A stretch of DNA of 63,366 bases, filler included, from Octopus bimaculoides (taxonomy: Eukaryota), in NCBI RefSeq assembly GCF_001194135.2. It is 6 parts of 4 records of this genome, joined end to end, with 100 filler letters (N's around TTAATTAATTAA, not from the genome) between each part and the next. Parts side by side here need not be neighbours in the genome. Positions count along the whole stretch, not along the records: positions 47,660 to 61,676 come from NC_068985.1; positions 61,777 to 63,366 come from NC_068985.1; 4 more parts are not named here. One strand, written 5' to 3'. A program made the position numbers and the translations under genes. The notes beneath the pieces were generated by a model, which saw only the letters and a list, made by a program, of their open reading frames with translations, ran no database searches and was not told the origin of the DNA. Below, piece after piece: positions 52,150 to 63,366 of this stretch; position 1 is the stretch's first letter; each line of letters starts with the position of its first letter.

Positions 52150-52723
52150 TCTCTAGAGAGTTGAGCCTCAGTTCCTTTAACCTCACTCAGTAACTCATCT
52201 GTTGCATCAGCTCATCTGTTGGTGGAGCGGAGTTCAATTGTCTCGACTTCTGCCGTTACGTCTGACGATCTGTGACGACCATTATCGGGAGTAGTAATTC
52301 AGGCGACTAAGAAGGAATATCCGCCATAAGATCAGCACGGTTTCATTTTTATCTGTGTTCTGAATAATCTCAGAATCGAACCATCCATTCGACTACACAG
52401 TGTCACAATCTTGTAATATACAGATGGAACGATGCAACATTACTCATGTAGACTCCCAAATCACATACTGACTCTGACTCTAAGATTGCAATACATGTTA
52501 TCCCTGTGTTTTCCGATCATATTCTGTTTGTGGGTCGACAGTACTGAGAATTTTCAGCGTTGAACTGCGAGTTCTTTCCTTCAGCCCACTTGTATGCTGC
52601 GTGAAAATCTTTCTGTAGTTTTGCATTCTTATCAGGATTCCTGATTGCGTGTGATACTATTGTATCAACAGGATAGCTGATATAGATGTTTTCGATCTAG
52701 TTTGGATTCTTTGCAATCAAATT
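52150..52723 (-). mobile_element. CR1/L2-like RT fragment
   Basis: LQKDFHAAYKWAE...FNAE, DLGVYMS, RLKELRLNSLE. Confidence 0.8.
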
Positions 52724-52807
52724 GGATAGCAAAGAATTAAAATTTGATGGCAAAGAATCCAAACTAGATCGGAAACATCTATAACAGCTATGCTGTTGAT
52801 ACAATAG
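52657..52807. repeat. foldback inverted repeat at CR1/Gypsy junction
   Basis: 67-bp arms (52657-52723 and 52741-52807), 4 mismatches, 17-nt loop. Confidence 0.9.
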
Positions 52808-52869
52808 GTGTATTGCTGAAAAAGGTGTATTGCTGAAAAAATTATAAGCGAGGCTCAGAAAACTTGCGT

Positions 52870-53327
52870 CCACAAAAATGAATAATGTGAATGTCCAGTT
52901 ACAATTGGATACAGGCAGTGATATCCCGATAATCAATGCAGACACATGGAGAAAAATAAGGAAACCTAGATTAAAGGAAACTTCGAAAATTGCTCGAGGT
53001 GTTTCAGGAAAAAATTGTATTTTATGGGTGAAATGATAAGTGATGTTACGTTGCGTGGAAAAACTTTGAAAGCCAATGTTTTTGTGCTGAAAAATTCAAA
53101 TTTATTTGGGACATGCAGATAGTCTGTCAAGGCTAATACCAAAATACAGTGACCCTCTAGAAAACACAACGATGAAAATGAAATAAAAAATATGTTGTGC
53201 GTGAATTGCCTGCGATATTGGAGGAAATAAAAATTAAGGTAGAGACGGACGAGTTTATCACAAAAATGAAAAAAAAAATAGTGAGATCAGGGAAATCAAT
53301 CAGGGAAATCAATCTCAAAGGGGAAAA
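52870..53327 (+). mobile_element. Ty3/Gypsy internal remnant: aspartic protease, post-RNase H piece, polypurine tract
   Basis: VQLQLDTGSDIPII retropepsin motif; ELPAILEEIK; PPT AAAGGGGAAAA at 53317-53327. Confidence 0.8.
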
Positions 53328-54610
53328 TGTTGCGGCGAGAGTCATTGACACTCTTGGGGGATTGGAGGAAAGGACTAGCCGAACTCTTATAAGGAGTAGT
53401 GGTCGGTAGTAGACGGTAGTAGTCGGTAGTAGACGGTAGTAGTCGGTAGTAGTCGGAGAGAGAGTTTTGGTACAGGCGGTTTGAGTTGTTCATAAGTGTT
53501 TTTGTCATGTTAGACGTAAGTTATACTGTTAAATATCTGTTGGATTGATTGTTACTGTTTAAATTGTTGCTATTGTTATTTTGAATTGTTTTCCCCCCAT
53601 TGTGGGGGAAAATGGTGAAAGCGCCAGCTGGTGGCCACAGTTATGCGGCTGCAACTGGAAAAGGGATAGACGCGGAAACGCTGGAGATACGTGAAATAAA
53701 GGTGGAACCACGAACAATGAAGGAATGCGAGAAGTTGCTGGAAAGAGACGGAAATACACTGAAGCTAACGCCGCGTGTGAGATTTGAAAAAGTGTTCGAG
53801 GAGGAATTGAATGAGGAGAAATTGGTGAAGACATCGGTTGTTCCAGTGGAGGAAAGAGATTCAGGAGTGCAAGTGTACGAGGGTGAAATGAAGAGACTGT
53901 TCAGAGTGGAGGAAGAAAAGGAGAAGGTACCAGGAGTAGAGCAGGAAAATTTCGATGGAAATTCGTGACGTACGCGCAAAGCAAAGAAACTGAAAAGAAA
54001 GCATTAAAGTTAAAACATATCTTAAGTGTGAAGTTACCCACGGATGTGTATTCCGAAAATGTGATGGCCATCGTGGTTGACAAGGATACCTACAACAAAC
54101 TAAAAGGTATGTGTGGAGAAGGTATTAAGCCGCCAGGAGTGTTGGTGGATTTTGATGAATTGCCACCAGTAGTGTTGGTGGAGTTTGATGAATTGCCACC
54201 AGTAGTGGAGCTAACAGATTTAGAACCTTTCATGAAATATTGAAAAAGAAAAAAAAAAGTAAAATTGTTTTATTGAAAAAGGAAAAAAAGGAAAATTGTT
54301 TCATTTTCAAAAAAAGAGGAAAAAAAAACGATGATTAAGAAAAACAATAAGAAAAATAGAATGATTGTAAATAGTTGATATAAACGTTCAAATGGTGCTG
54401 CATGGGAGTGGGGCCCATGCAGCCATTTCATTTTGATGTAACATCTAATATTCATTCGTTTTATGTTTTTTTGTTCCCACTGTGGTGTTGTGTCTGTTCT
54501 TGTAGTGTTCCCCTCTGTGTTGTGACCGTAGTGCCAAATAAAGAAACGGGAACATTTTGGTCGTCTCGCGAAGTACGTCGTGTGAACAAATTGACTAAAC
54601 CTCCGCTGCA
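53328..54610 (+). mobile_element. 3' LTR (1283 bp)
   Basis: TGTTGCGG...CCGCTGCA imperfect terminal inverted repeat directly after the PPT; TATAAA at 54379; AATAAA at 54537. Confidence 0.75.
53612..54243 (+). CDS. LTR-embedded ORF pair, unknown Glu/Lys-rich protein, possibly fused by -1 frameshift (210 aa)
   Basis: ORF A 53612-53968; ORF B open 53887-54243 in the -1 frame; A_AAT_TTC at 53947-53953. Confidence 0.55.
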
Positions 54611-54940
54611 TAATTTATATATACCAACCTGTGGCAGGATATTAAACTGCATCATCCGTTATAAATCAAATTTTGGACCAAGTATGTGACCCTATGTGTT
54701 TCAAAAATTAGATCTAAGAACACATTTCTTACTGAATTATTAAAGCAAAATTATATATTATAAAATCCACCCCAGAATTTTTGAATCTTAAGCCATTTTG
54801 AACCTAATTCTCAAAAAGAAAATGAACATTATCTTGAATTGTTTAATCCGTCGCGTTTCCTGGGGTGTATAGGGTCAGAAACTATCTAAGAGGCGGTGAA
54901 TTAACATTGTCGGTTTTAACAAATATCCGTTTGACTACAG

Positions 54941-54990
54941 GAAGTACAACCTGTCTTTTCCTGTCATTTCCATCACGATGAGGAAGCAGT
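54941..54990 (+). CDS. candidate 50-nt exon (EVQPVFSCHFHHDEEAV)
   Basis: CGTTTGACTACAG| ... |GTGAGA; phase 0-2. Confidence 0.45.
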
Positions 54991-55544
54991 GTGAGACTTG
55001 AAGAGACATAATCCCTTCTTAACCTGAAAAATAAACAGAGAGGAATGATACAAATGCCTTGTAAAATATTTCTAAGCATTAAATACTAATAACAACAGCA
55101 TCAGCATGAATAGTTTTCCTCGCTGTTTTCAGTCTTATTTACTGAACAAGAGGTTAGCTAAAGCAAACAATTTAAAAGGGATTAGTTAGAGATTAACCAT
55201 TAACAAATAGGCAGTGTAATAAAGAGATCATCTAACACACACGAAAGTACATTTATATGAGTGGGTAAATGTTTGAGGAGAAAAGAAAAGAGAAAGGATG
55301 CGAAAGATAAAGAGGTAGGTAAAATGGCCGACCGACTGGTTGACAAGTTGGTTGGTTGGTTGGTTGGCTGGTTGGTTGATGAGTCGTCAACTTAAGCAGG
55401 TCTAGTGCGTAGTAAATAAATGACTTATTCCCCTGCAACTGACCTAATACAACCGAAATACAACACAAATATCAAAAGTGGTTGACTGAAAGCTTCTACT
55501 AATGAAGATATTAGTGGAGCAGACATACTTAGTTGTCTTCTCAG

Positions 55545-55583
55545 CCATAAAACTCTTTTAACAACATACGTGGACAGAATCTG
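55545..55583 (+). CDS. candidate 39-nt exon (HKTLLTTYVDRIC)
   Basis: TTGTCTTCTCAG| ... |GTAACG; phase 2-2. Confidence 0.45.
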
Positions 55584-56108
55584 GTAACGCATATCAACCA
55601 TGACCTATTCTTCTGGGTTTCAATTGATGAAGGCAATTGCTACAACAATTTAAAGAGTGAGACCAAAGGAAAAAAAGAAAAGAATAAAAAAGGGGAAAAA
55701 GAAATCCAAGGCAGAATTGTTTCTTAATGACAACCGGAATAGTTGCTCAAGCATCTGGCTACGAGAGAATTTCGAAATGTCACCCATTTAATTAACTTTA
55801 TGGCTTGACGATGTAAACATCTATCTAGTTTTTATCGATAATTGAACAAAATCCCCCTCCTTCTAAGCACTAGTTTAAAGAAGTATGAATACACATGTAC
55901 ACATCAACACACAGATATATCACACACACACCCACATACACACACATACACACACACACATCAACACAAAGATATACTCAGATATGCACAAATACACGCT
56001 CATATGTGCACATACACACACATACACATATGCAACGAATGTGTTAGCTGTTGTATGGAGCATATGTTTGTGAGCATCTATATCAATACAAAATTAAACG
56101 TTCGTTGT

Positions 56109-56147
<39 letters not shown>

Positions 56148-56491
56148 CATGCGCGTGTGCACTGGTTGCGCCATGTTGGGAACAATACCTTTTTTGCTAG
56201 AGTCATCGTTTTGTGTTCGATATCCGATCAAATGCACGAGTTCAATACCCCTTGTGTCTTTTTCTGGGTTATAAGTTCAACTGTGATCTTATGCAATAGT
56301 ACGGCCATATGTTGCTATTGTTTGAATCTGTTGACTGATACTCTACGTAAATATCTTTAACTTTGCATGATAACACTGAATAACTACGTGCGTTTGAAAC
56401 CGAGGCCATTGCCACATTTTCTTCTAACGCTGAAACTACTTCGACAAGAATCAAGATGAGTTTGCGTGTTGATTTCTTTTGTTTCCTCTAG

Positions 56492-56560
56492 CCATGATCC
56501 CCTTCATGCGTCTCCTATTTTCTTGAAGATATTTTTAACTCAGTTCCTCCAGGAACATTC
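56492..56560 (+). CDS. candidate 69-nt exon (HDPLHASPIFLKIFLTQFLQEH)
   Basis: TTTCTTTTGTTTCCTCTAG| ... |GTAAGT; only phase 2 is open. Confidence 0.6.
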
Positions 56561-56699
56561 GTAAGTGATCTTTTATTTGTTAGCACGATTTAAAAACTCT
56601 GAAATCTCACACACTTATTTTTGCGCATTTGAATAATATATTTATGAATATTAACTTTACTTCTACCATCATGTACATATCTATCAGTCTGTCTACCTG

Positions 56700-56746
<47 letters not shown>

Positions 56747-56751
56747 GTCTA

Positions 56752-56836
<85 letters not shown>

Positions 56837-56915
56837 TCCTTCGAGAAAATGATTCTCTCGTATGATAAAAGCTGAAATATATCACAAACATCTAACTAAC
56901 CTAAAGCTCGCTTAT

Positions 56916-56972
56916 GCCTAAAGACTGGTGCTGATACTAAAGACTGGTGCCTAAAGACTGGTGCTGATACTG
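56916..56972 (+). repeat. short minisatellite
   Basis: CTAAAGACTGGTGC x3. Confidence 0.85.
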
Positions 56973-57137
56973 CTAAATGTATGCATGTATGCATAGGAAC
57001 AGGCATGGCAGAGTAGTTAGATATTTTCCTGTATAGTCGCTAGGTGACTAATGTTCCGTGAATGAATTTGGCAGACGGTAACTATGTAGAAGCCAGTTAT
57101 ATATATATGTATATGTTCGTGCATCGGTTCATGTATG

Positions 57138-57177
<40 letters not shown>

Positions 57178-57402
57178 TCTTTGTGTGTGTATCTATACCT
57201 ATGTCTATATCTATATGCATGTGTGCGTTCGTGTGTGTCTTTGTGCTTCACAACTGCTTCACCATACGAGTTGTCTTGTTTGTTCAACAAAAGGAACTAG
57301 CAGAATAAGTAACACACTTGAAACGAAATACTGGGGAAAAATTATTCAACAAATCTCTTCAAGTTGGTGCCGTAGTCTTTTGACTCAAGTAAGAATATAT
57401 AT

Positions 57403-57441
<39 letters not shown>

Positions 57442-58014
57442 NNNNNNNNNNNNNNNNNNNNNNNNNNNNNNNNNNNNNNNNNNNNNNNNNNNNNNNNNNN
57501 NNNNNNNNNNNNNNNNNNNNNNNNNNNNNNNNNNNNNNNNNNNNNNNNNNNNNNNNNNNNNNNNNNNNNNNNNNNNNNNNNNNNNNNNNNNNNNNNNNNN
57601 NNNNNNNNNNNNNNNNNNNNNNNNNNNNNNNNNNNNNNNNNNNNNNNNNNNNNNNNNNNNNNNNNNNNNNNNNNNNNNNNNNNNNNNNNNNNNNNNNNNN
57701 NNNNNNNNNNNNNNNNNNNNNNNNNNNNNNNNNNNNNNNNNNNNNNNNNNNNNNNNNNNNNNNNNNNNNNNNNNNNNNNNNNNNNNNNNNNNNNNNNNNN
57801 NNNNNNNNNNNNNNNNNNNNTGTCTTTGAAGATTCATATTATTGTTGAATGCTCGAAATGAGGACTAGATAGGCAGCCGAGAACTGATGAAGGGTCCTTT
57901 CTTTGTGTTTACTTGTCTTCTTTTCCATTGTTTACGTATTTAACTCATTTGTTTACTTATTTCATGTTATCTGCACCCTTGGTGAGGTCCTGCACCCATA
58001 TATCCATGTATATA

Positions 58015-58233
58015 TATTTGTTGTCCGGAAAGTTCGTGCCGATTTTTAAAGGAAAGAAAAAGGTCAATAAATACTTGCCATTACATTTTTAATCAACCAA
58101 ATATGAACCATTTTGTTGCACAATGCGTCTCCATCTTTCCTTTAACATGAAAATACCCTCTTCCCAGAATTGAGGTGGTTTCATGGCATATAAGTCGAAA
58201 GGTAAGCTACTATAACTTTTCGGACAAACCGAT
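58015..58233 (-). mobile_element. non-autonomous mariner deletion derivative
   Basis: TIRs TTGTCCGGAAAGTT and AACTTTTCGGACAA; FWEEGIFMLKERWRRIVQQNGSYLVD is a mariner C-terminus. Confidence 0.85.
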
Positions 58234-58256
58234 ATATATATGTATGTATATACATA

Positions 58257-58292
<36 letters not shown>

Positions 58293-58307
58293 TGTATGTG
58301 TGTGTGT

Positions 58308-58349
<42 letters not shown>

Positions 58350-58358
<9 letters not shown>

Positions 58359-58543
58359 TATGTCTGTGTCTGTCCCCCTAACATCCCTCGACAACCAATG
58401 CAGGTGTGTTTACGTCCCCGTATCTTAGCGGTTCAGCAAAAGAGACCGATAGAATAAGTAATAGGCTTCCAAAGAATAAGTCCTGGGGTCGATGTGCTCC
58501 AGCATAGCCGCAGTCGAATGACTGAAACAAGTAAAAGAGAGTA
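58350..58543 (+). mobile_element. SINE type A tail after (TG)n
   Basis: GTTTACGTCCCCG...CTCCAGCATAGCCGCAGTC. Confidence 0.85.
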
Positions 58544-58700
58544 AATATATACATATATGTATACATATATACATATATACCTGGGTGGAAGACGCATGTT
58601 AGCCATTCAAAAAGGCATAAACCCTTAGGCATTATCATTTGTTACTCTTGTCACACGAAGTACGATATAGTCGCTGATAAAACTGCACGGAAGTGTAGAG

Positions 58701-58730
58701 TGACCTCGTCAACGACTAGGTCATAGGTCA
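58701..58730. promoter_or_regulatory. cluster of nuclear-receptor half-sites including a perfect DR1
   Basis: TGACCT (58701) then AGGTCA-T-AGGTCA (58718-58730). Confidence 0.25.
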
Positions 58731-58964
58731 TGCTGCAAAGAGTTTGGTACCATCTACCAGATAATAAATGTTTAACAGAATTTAACAGTCCCTGTGTTCC
58801 TGAAGAGCTTACATGTGTCTTCAATGCTGCAATCGTTTCAATTTCGATCACAAGATCTAAGATCAAATCACATGGCTGAGAAGTATACCACTGAATCAGA
58901 TATGTAGATATGTGTTTTTTTTTGTGCGCGTGTGTGTGTGTGGGTATGTGCGCATATATACGTA

Positions 58965-59039
<75 letters not shown>

Positions 59040-59142
59040 TATGTACGTATGTATATATATGTATGTATGTATGTATGTATATATGTATATATATATGTAT
59101 GTATGTATATATATGTATGTATGCATATATATGTGTATTATG

Positions 59143-59177
<35 letters not shown>

Positions 59178-60097
59178 GTATGTATATATGTATGTATATA
59201 TATATATATATATATANNNNNNNNNNNNNNNNNNNNNNNNNNNNNNNNNNNNNNNNNNNNNNNNNNNNNNNNNNNNNNNNNNNNNNNNNNNNNNNNNNNN
59301 NNNNNNNNNNNNNNNNNNNNNNNNNNNNNNNNNNNNNNNNNNNNNNNNNNNNNNNNNNNNNNNNNNNNNNNNNNNNNNNNNNNNNNNNNNNNNNNNNNNN
59401 NNNNNNNNNNNNNNNNNNNNNNNNNNNNNNNNNNNNNNNNNNNNNNNNNNNNNNNNNNNNNNNNNNNNNNNNNNNNNNNNNNNNNNNNNNNNNNNNNNNN
59501 NNNNNNNNNNNNNNNNNNNNNNNNNNNNNNNNNNNNNNNNNNNNNNNNNNNNNNNNNNNNNNNNNNNNNNNNNNNNNNNNNNNNNNNNNNNNNNNNNNNN
59601 NNNNNNNNNNNNNNNNNNNNNNNNNNNNNNNNNNNNNNNNNNNNNNNNNNNNNNNNNNNNNNNNNNNNNNNNNNNNNNNNNNNNNNNNNNNNNNNNNNNN
59701 NNNNNNNNNNNNNNNNNNNNNNNNNNNNNNNNNNNNNNNNNNNNNNNNNNNNNNNNNNNNNNNNNNNNNNNNNNNNNNNNNNNNNNNNNNNNNNNNNNNN
59801 NNNNNNNNNNNNNNNNNNNNNNNNNNNNNNNNNNNNNNNNNNNNNNNNNNNNNNNNNNNNNNNNNNNNNNNNNNNNNNNNNNNNNNNNNNNNNNNNNNNN
59901 NNNNNNNNNNNNNNNNNNNNNNNNNNNNNNNNNNNNNNNNNNNNNNNNNNNNNNNNNNNNNNNNNNNNNNNNNNNNNNNNNNNNNNNNNNNNNNNNNNNN
60001 NNNNNNNNNNNNNNNNNNNNNNNNNNNNNNNNNNNNNNNNNNNNNNNNNNNNNNNNNNNNNNNNNNNNNNNNNNNNNNNNNNNNNNNNNNNNNNNNN

Positions 60098-60153
<56 letters not shown>

Positions 60154-60399
60154 GAGAAAGCTTGTGTGAGTGTGTGAGAGTTTGTGTATGTGAGCCAGAA
60201 CACAACAACAACAGCAACAACAACGTCGTGACTGAAACAAGATATTGTTTCGAAACAGGTGTAAAATGCTCTGATACATTATTGCAAATCCCAAAATAGA
60301 TCATCACATTGATGCTCTGAAGTGTCCCATCCGGTCTCCTCCCCCCCTTACCTAGTCGACCCAGCTTCCTAATCATATTGCTTTGAATTCTATCCCATT

Positions 60400-60745
60400 G
60401 CGTGATATCTTAAGCAAATGTCTTCTACTTTAGCCCTCCGGACCGACCAAAGCCTTGTGAGAGAATTTGGTTGACGGAAACTGAAAGAAGCCTGTCGCAT
60501 ACTTATATACATATATACATATATTTATGTATGTGCGTTTTTGTGTTTGTGTTTGTCACCCACCGCCGCTTGACAGCCGGTGTTGGTTTGATTATATCCC
60601 TGTAACTAAGAAGTTCGCCAGAAATGAAAGAGAGAATATATACCAGGATTAAAAAACAAGCACTTGGGTCGATTCGATCGACTAAACCATTCAATGCGGC
60701 AGCCCAGGATGACCGCAGTCCACCGATTGAAACAAGGAAAAGAAA
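60400..60745 (+). mobile_element. SINE type A, degraded
   Basis: GACCAAAGCCTTGTGAGAGAATTTGG...GGGTCGATTCGATCGACTAAA. Confidence 0.8.
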
Positions 60746-61301
60746 TAAGGGAAAAGAAAAAAAGACACTAGACTACCCTCTTTATCCAAAGTCACCTAGT
60801 GGCCATCTCTGCAGCTTTAGTGATGAAATGCGGGACCCTTCTCTTTGATGCACCAGTAAACTCCAAAGCCAGAGATTTGTTCGATTAAACCTTTTTCAAG
60901 GCTGTATACCCCAGCATGGCTGCAGTCCAATGATTAAAACAAGTAAACGAAGAAAGAGAAAACAAAAAACTCAGGCCTTCATTCTTCATCCGATGCACCC
61001 TAGTGGCGGCTATCACTGCAGATTCAGTGATGGAACGCTTTGCCCTCCTCTTTGATGCACCAGTAACTCCAAAACCAATCACAGTTTAACAGAGCGAACG
61101 CCCCACAAAACCCCCGGCAGCCATTTTCGTCTGAGACAGAGTATGACTTATATCGATACTGATACGATATTGATATTTATTGGTATTTCTCTGCTTTATT
61201 AATGTTACGGTTAGATGAGAAATATTTAAGGTGTTTTTTGAAACAATTTTACCGCAGAGTAGAAGAAATTTGTCTTGAACAGTCGTCGCCATACTGTGTA
61301 G

Positions 61302-61332
<31 letters not shown>

Positions 61333-61403
61333 TGTATGTATGTATGTATGTATGTATGATGTGTGGGTGTACGTTTGTATATATCTATGTTACGATGTGT
61401 GTG

Positions 61404-61456
<53 letters not shown>

Positions 61457-61526
61457 ATTTGAATATATTTGGACAATATACAAACATATAAATATATTTC
61501 TGCACATTCCATAGACACACACCTTC

Positions 61527-61563
<37 letters not shown>

Positions 61564-62094
61564 TATATGTTTGTATGTATATATGTATGCATAATATATG
61601 TATGCATATATATATGTATGTATATATGTATGCATATATATGTATATATGTATGCATATATATGTATGTATGTATGNNNNNNNNNNNNNNNNNNNNNNNN
61701 NNNNNNNNNNNNNNNNNNNNTTAATTAATTAANNNNNNNNNNNNNNNNNNNNNNNNNNNNNNNNNNNNNNNNNNNNTATATGTATATATATTTATATATA
61801 TATATGTATATATATATCGACTTTAAAGAGAGCTCAAAACTGATCCATTGAAATTACTTTATAATAATAATAATAATAATAATAAAAATGACCTATGAAC
61901 ATTTCGATGCAATATCCAGAATGATTCATGCATATTATAATATATTATAAAATATGGGATACCACATCTCATCGGGGCCTTATTATTATTATTATTATTA
62001 TTTTGCTAAGTTTGTTAACAGATACTATATTCTTTTGCCTAATTTTTGGTATAAAAATATATATATAAACACACACACACACACACACACACAG

Positions 62095-62132
<38 letters not shown>

Positions 62133-63228
62133 GAATATATTTGTGCATGTGTCTATGTTTGTCCACCATCGATTGTCCACCGATGCTGGTATGTATATTT
62201 ACCCGTCACCTAGCGGTTTGGCAAAACGAAACGATAGAATAAGTACTATGCTACATACATATATACATACACATATGCACGTATAGATCTAACTAATTTA
62301 TTCATCCGACCGACACCATGTGCTATATTGTCAAAATATCATCGCAATGAATATGATGACACGGAGCGAATATATATACATAGTTATATATAAAAAAAAA
62401 AGGCCATTATTTAGAATAACGATCACATCAAGTGCCCAGCATGGAAAAAACTACATACGTAATAATTACTATAGATATATGATATATTTCTGTGCTCTAT
62501 GAATATATGATTTGGTTCTAGAGTCAGTTTTGACTGCTATTTCGGACCTGGAAGTGCCTCTTCGTTACCCTAAATTATAATTATATTTATATTATTATAT
62601 GTCTATAATGATTATTACCTATACGTTTTTTCCATGCTAGTCACTTGATATGATCGTTATTCTCGATAATGGCCCTATATATGTATATATATATATATAC
62701 ATATACATATATCCCTTTCCCCCATATATATGCTTACACACACATGTATTCATGTTGTACTATGGACTTAAATACTTCTACGATTGCAACATTCAAGTAA
62801 ATCATATTCGCATAAAGATTCAGAGAATTATTAAGAGTGAAGATTAAATTATAACTAATAACTTGGTGCCTATAATATACCGTACGATTATTCACCGCTT
62901 TTTTTTCTGTACGAATTTCTTTTGTTTCGCAGTTACAATGTGTAATTAATGAAATGTTGTAGGCTGTATCAATCTTCATAGCATCTTTCAATGCATTATT
63001 TAAATATAAGTATATCTATTTTATTTATCTGAGTTATAATAACTACTTGACGTGCTTATGAAGTGTCATTAATACATTTAGTAATACAATTAAACCACCG
63101 GTCTTGAAACAAATGTAATATAGCATAGAGATGTGTGAATGAGGACTGACTCCAATTTCTATTTCCTCGGAAGTAGCACTTTAATTTGGTGTCATTCAAG
63201 GAAAGCGGTGATTTTCAATTACTCGCAG

Positions 63229-63288
63229 TAAGGCGTGGCATTTGTCACTCTGTATCAACAGTTCATATTATTCACACAACTGCGCAGC
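63229..63288 (+). CDS. weak candidate 60-nt exon (KAWHLSLCINSSYYSHNCA)
   Basis: TTTTCAATTACTCGCAG| ... |GTAACA; phase 2-2, compatible with the 56492 exon. Confidence 0.25.
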
Positions 63289-63366
63289 GTAACAATTAAT
63301 CAAATGGAATATTCACACGCTTACATCAACACAGACTGTGTTTTGTGTATATATATATATATATAT

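Noticed and set aside
54882-55023. Minus-strand exon with strong acceptor at 55023
   Set aside because: No good donor or compatible partner; the overlapping plus-strand exon chains consistently
57830-57900. GAAA...CTGATGAAGGG as a type II hammerhead
   Set aside because: Stem I is not adjacent to the core and stem III is unpaired
48764-60376. Long ORFs rich in X, YI, CV, HT, LSIY or poly-residue runs here and throughout the window
   Set aside because: Translations of N gaps and microsatellites

Overview
This is eukaryotic, AT-rich, repeat-dense and gapped draft genomic DNA (many N runs, very many microsatellites). The SINE families and the N-TTAATTAATTAA-N gap linkers suggest an octopus assembly; the organism is an inference. 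I found no rRNA, true tRNA gene, CRISPR array or prokaryotic operon. Most of the window is transposon debris: three or four tRNA-derived SINE types, RLE-type (R4/Dong-like) LINEs, Tx1/L1-like 3' ends sitting in (TATC)n, CR1/L2 pieces, Penelope-like elements (PLEs) bracketed by inverted repeats, Tc1/mariner remnants, foldback MITEs and a deleted Ty3/Gypsy element. A probable + strand gene of unknown identity starts near 39486 and is built from very short exons; part of it looks PX-domain-like. The most unusual observations are (1) a Gypsy 3' LTR whose U3 carries a novel two-frame ORF joined by an in-frame canonical -1 slippery heptamer, (2) several (TA)n-flanked PLE-type elements carrying minimal hammerhead-ribozyme folds with non-canonical cores and covarying stems, and (3) long foldback repeats inside introns of the candidate gene. 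All protein-family calls were made by eye; no database searches were run.
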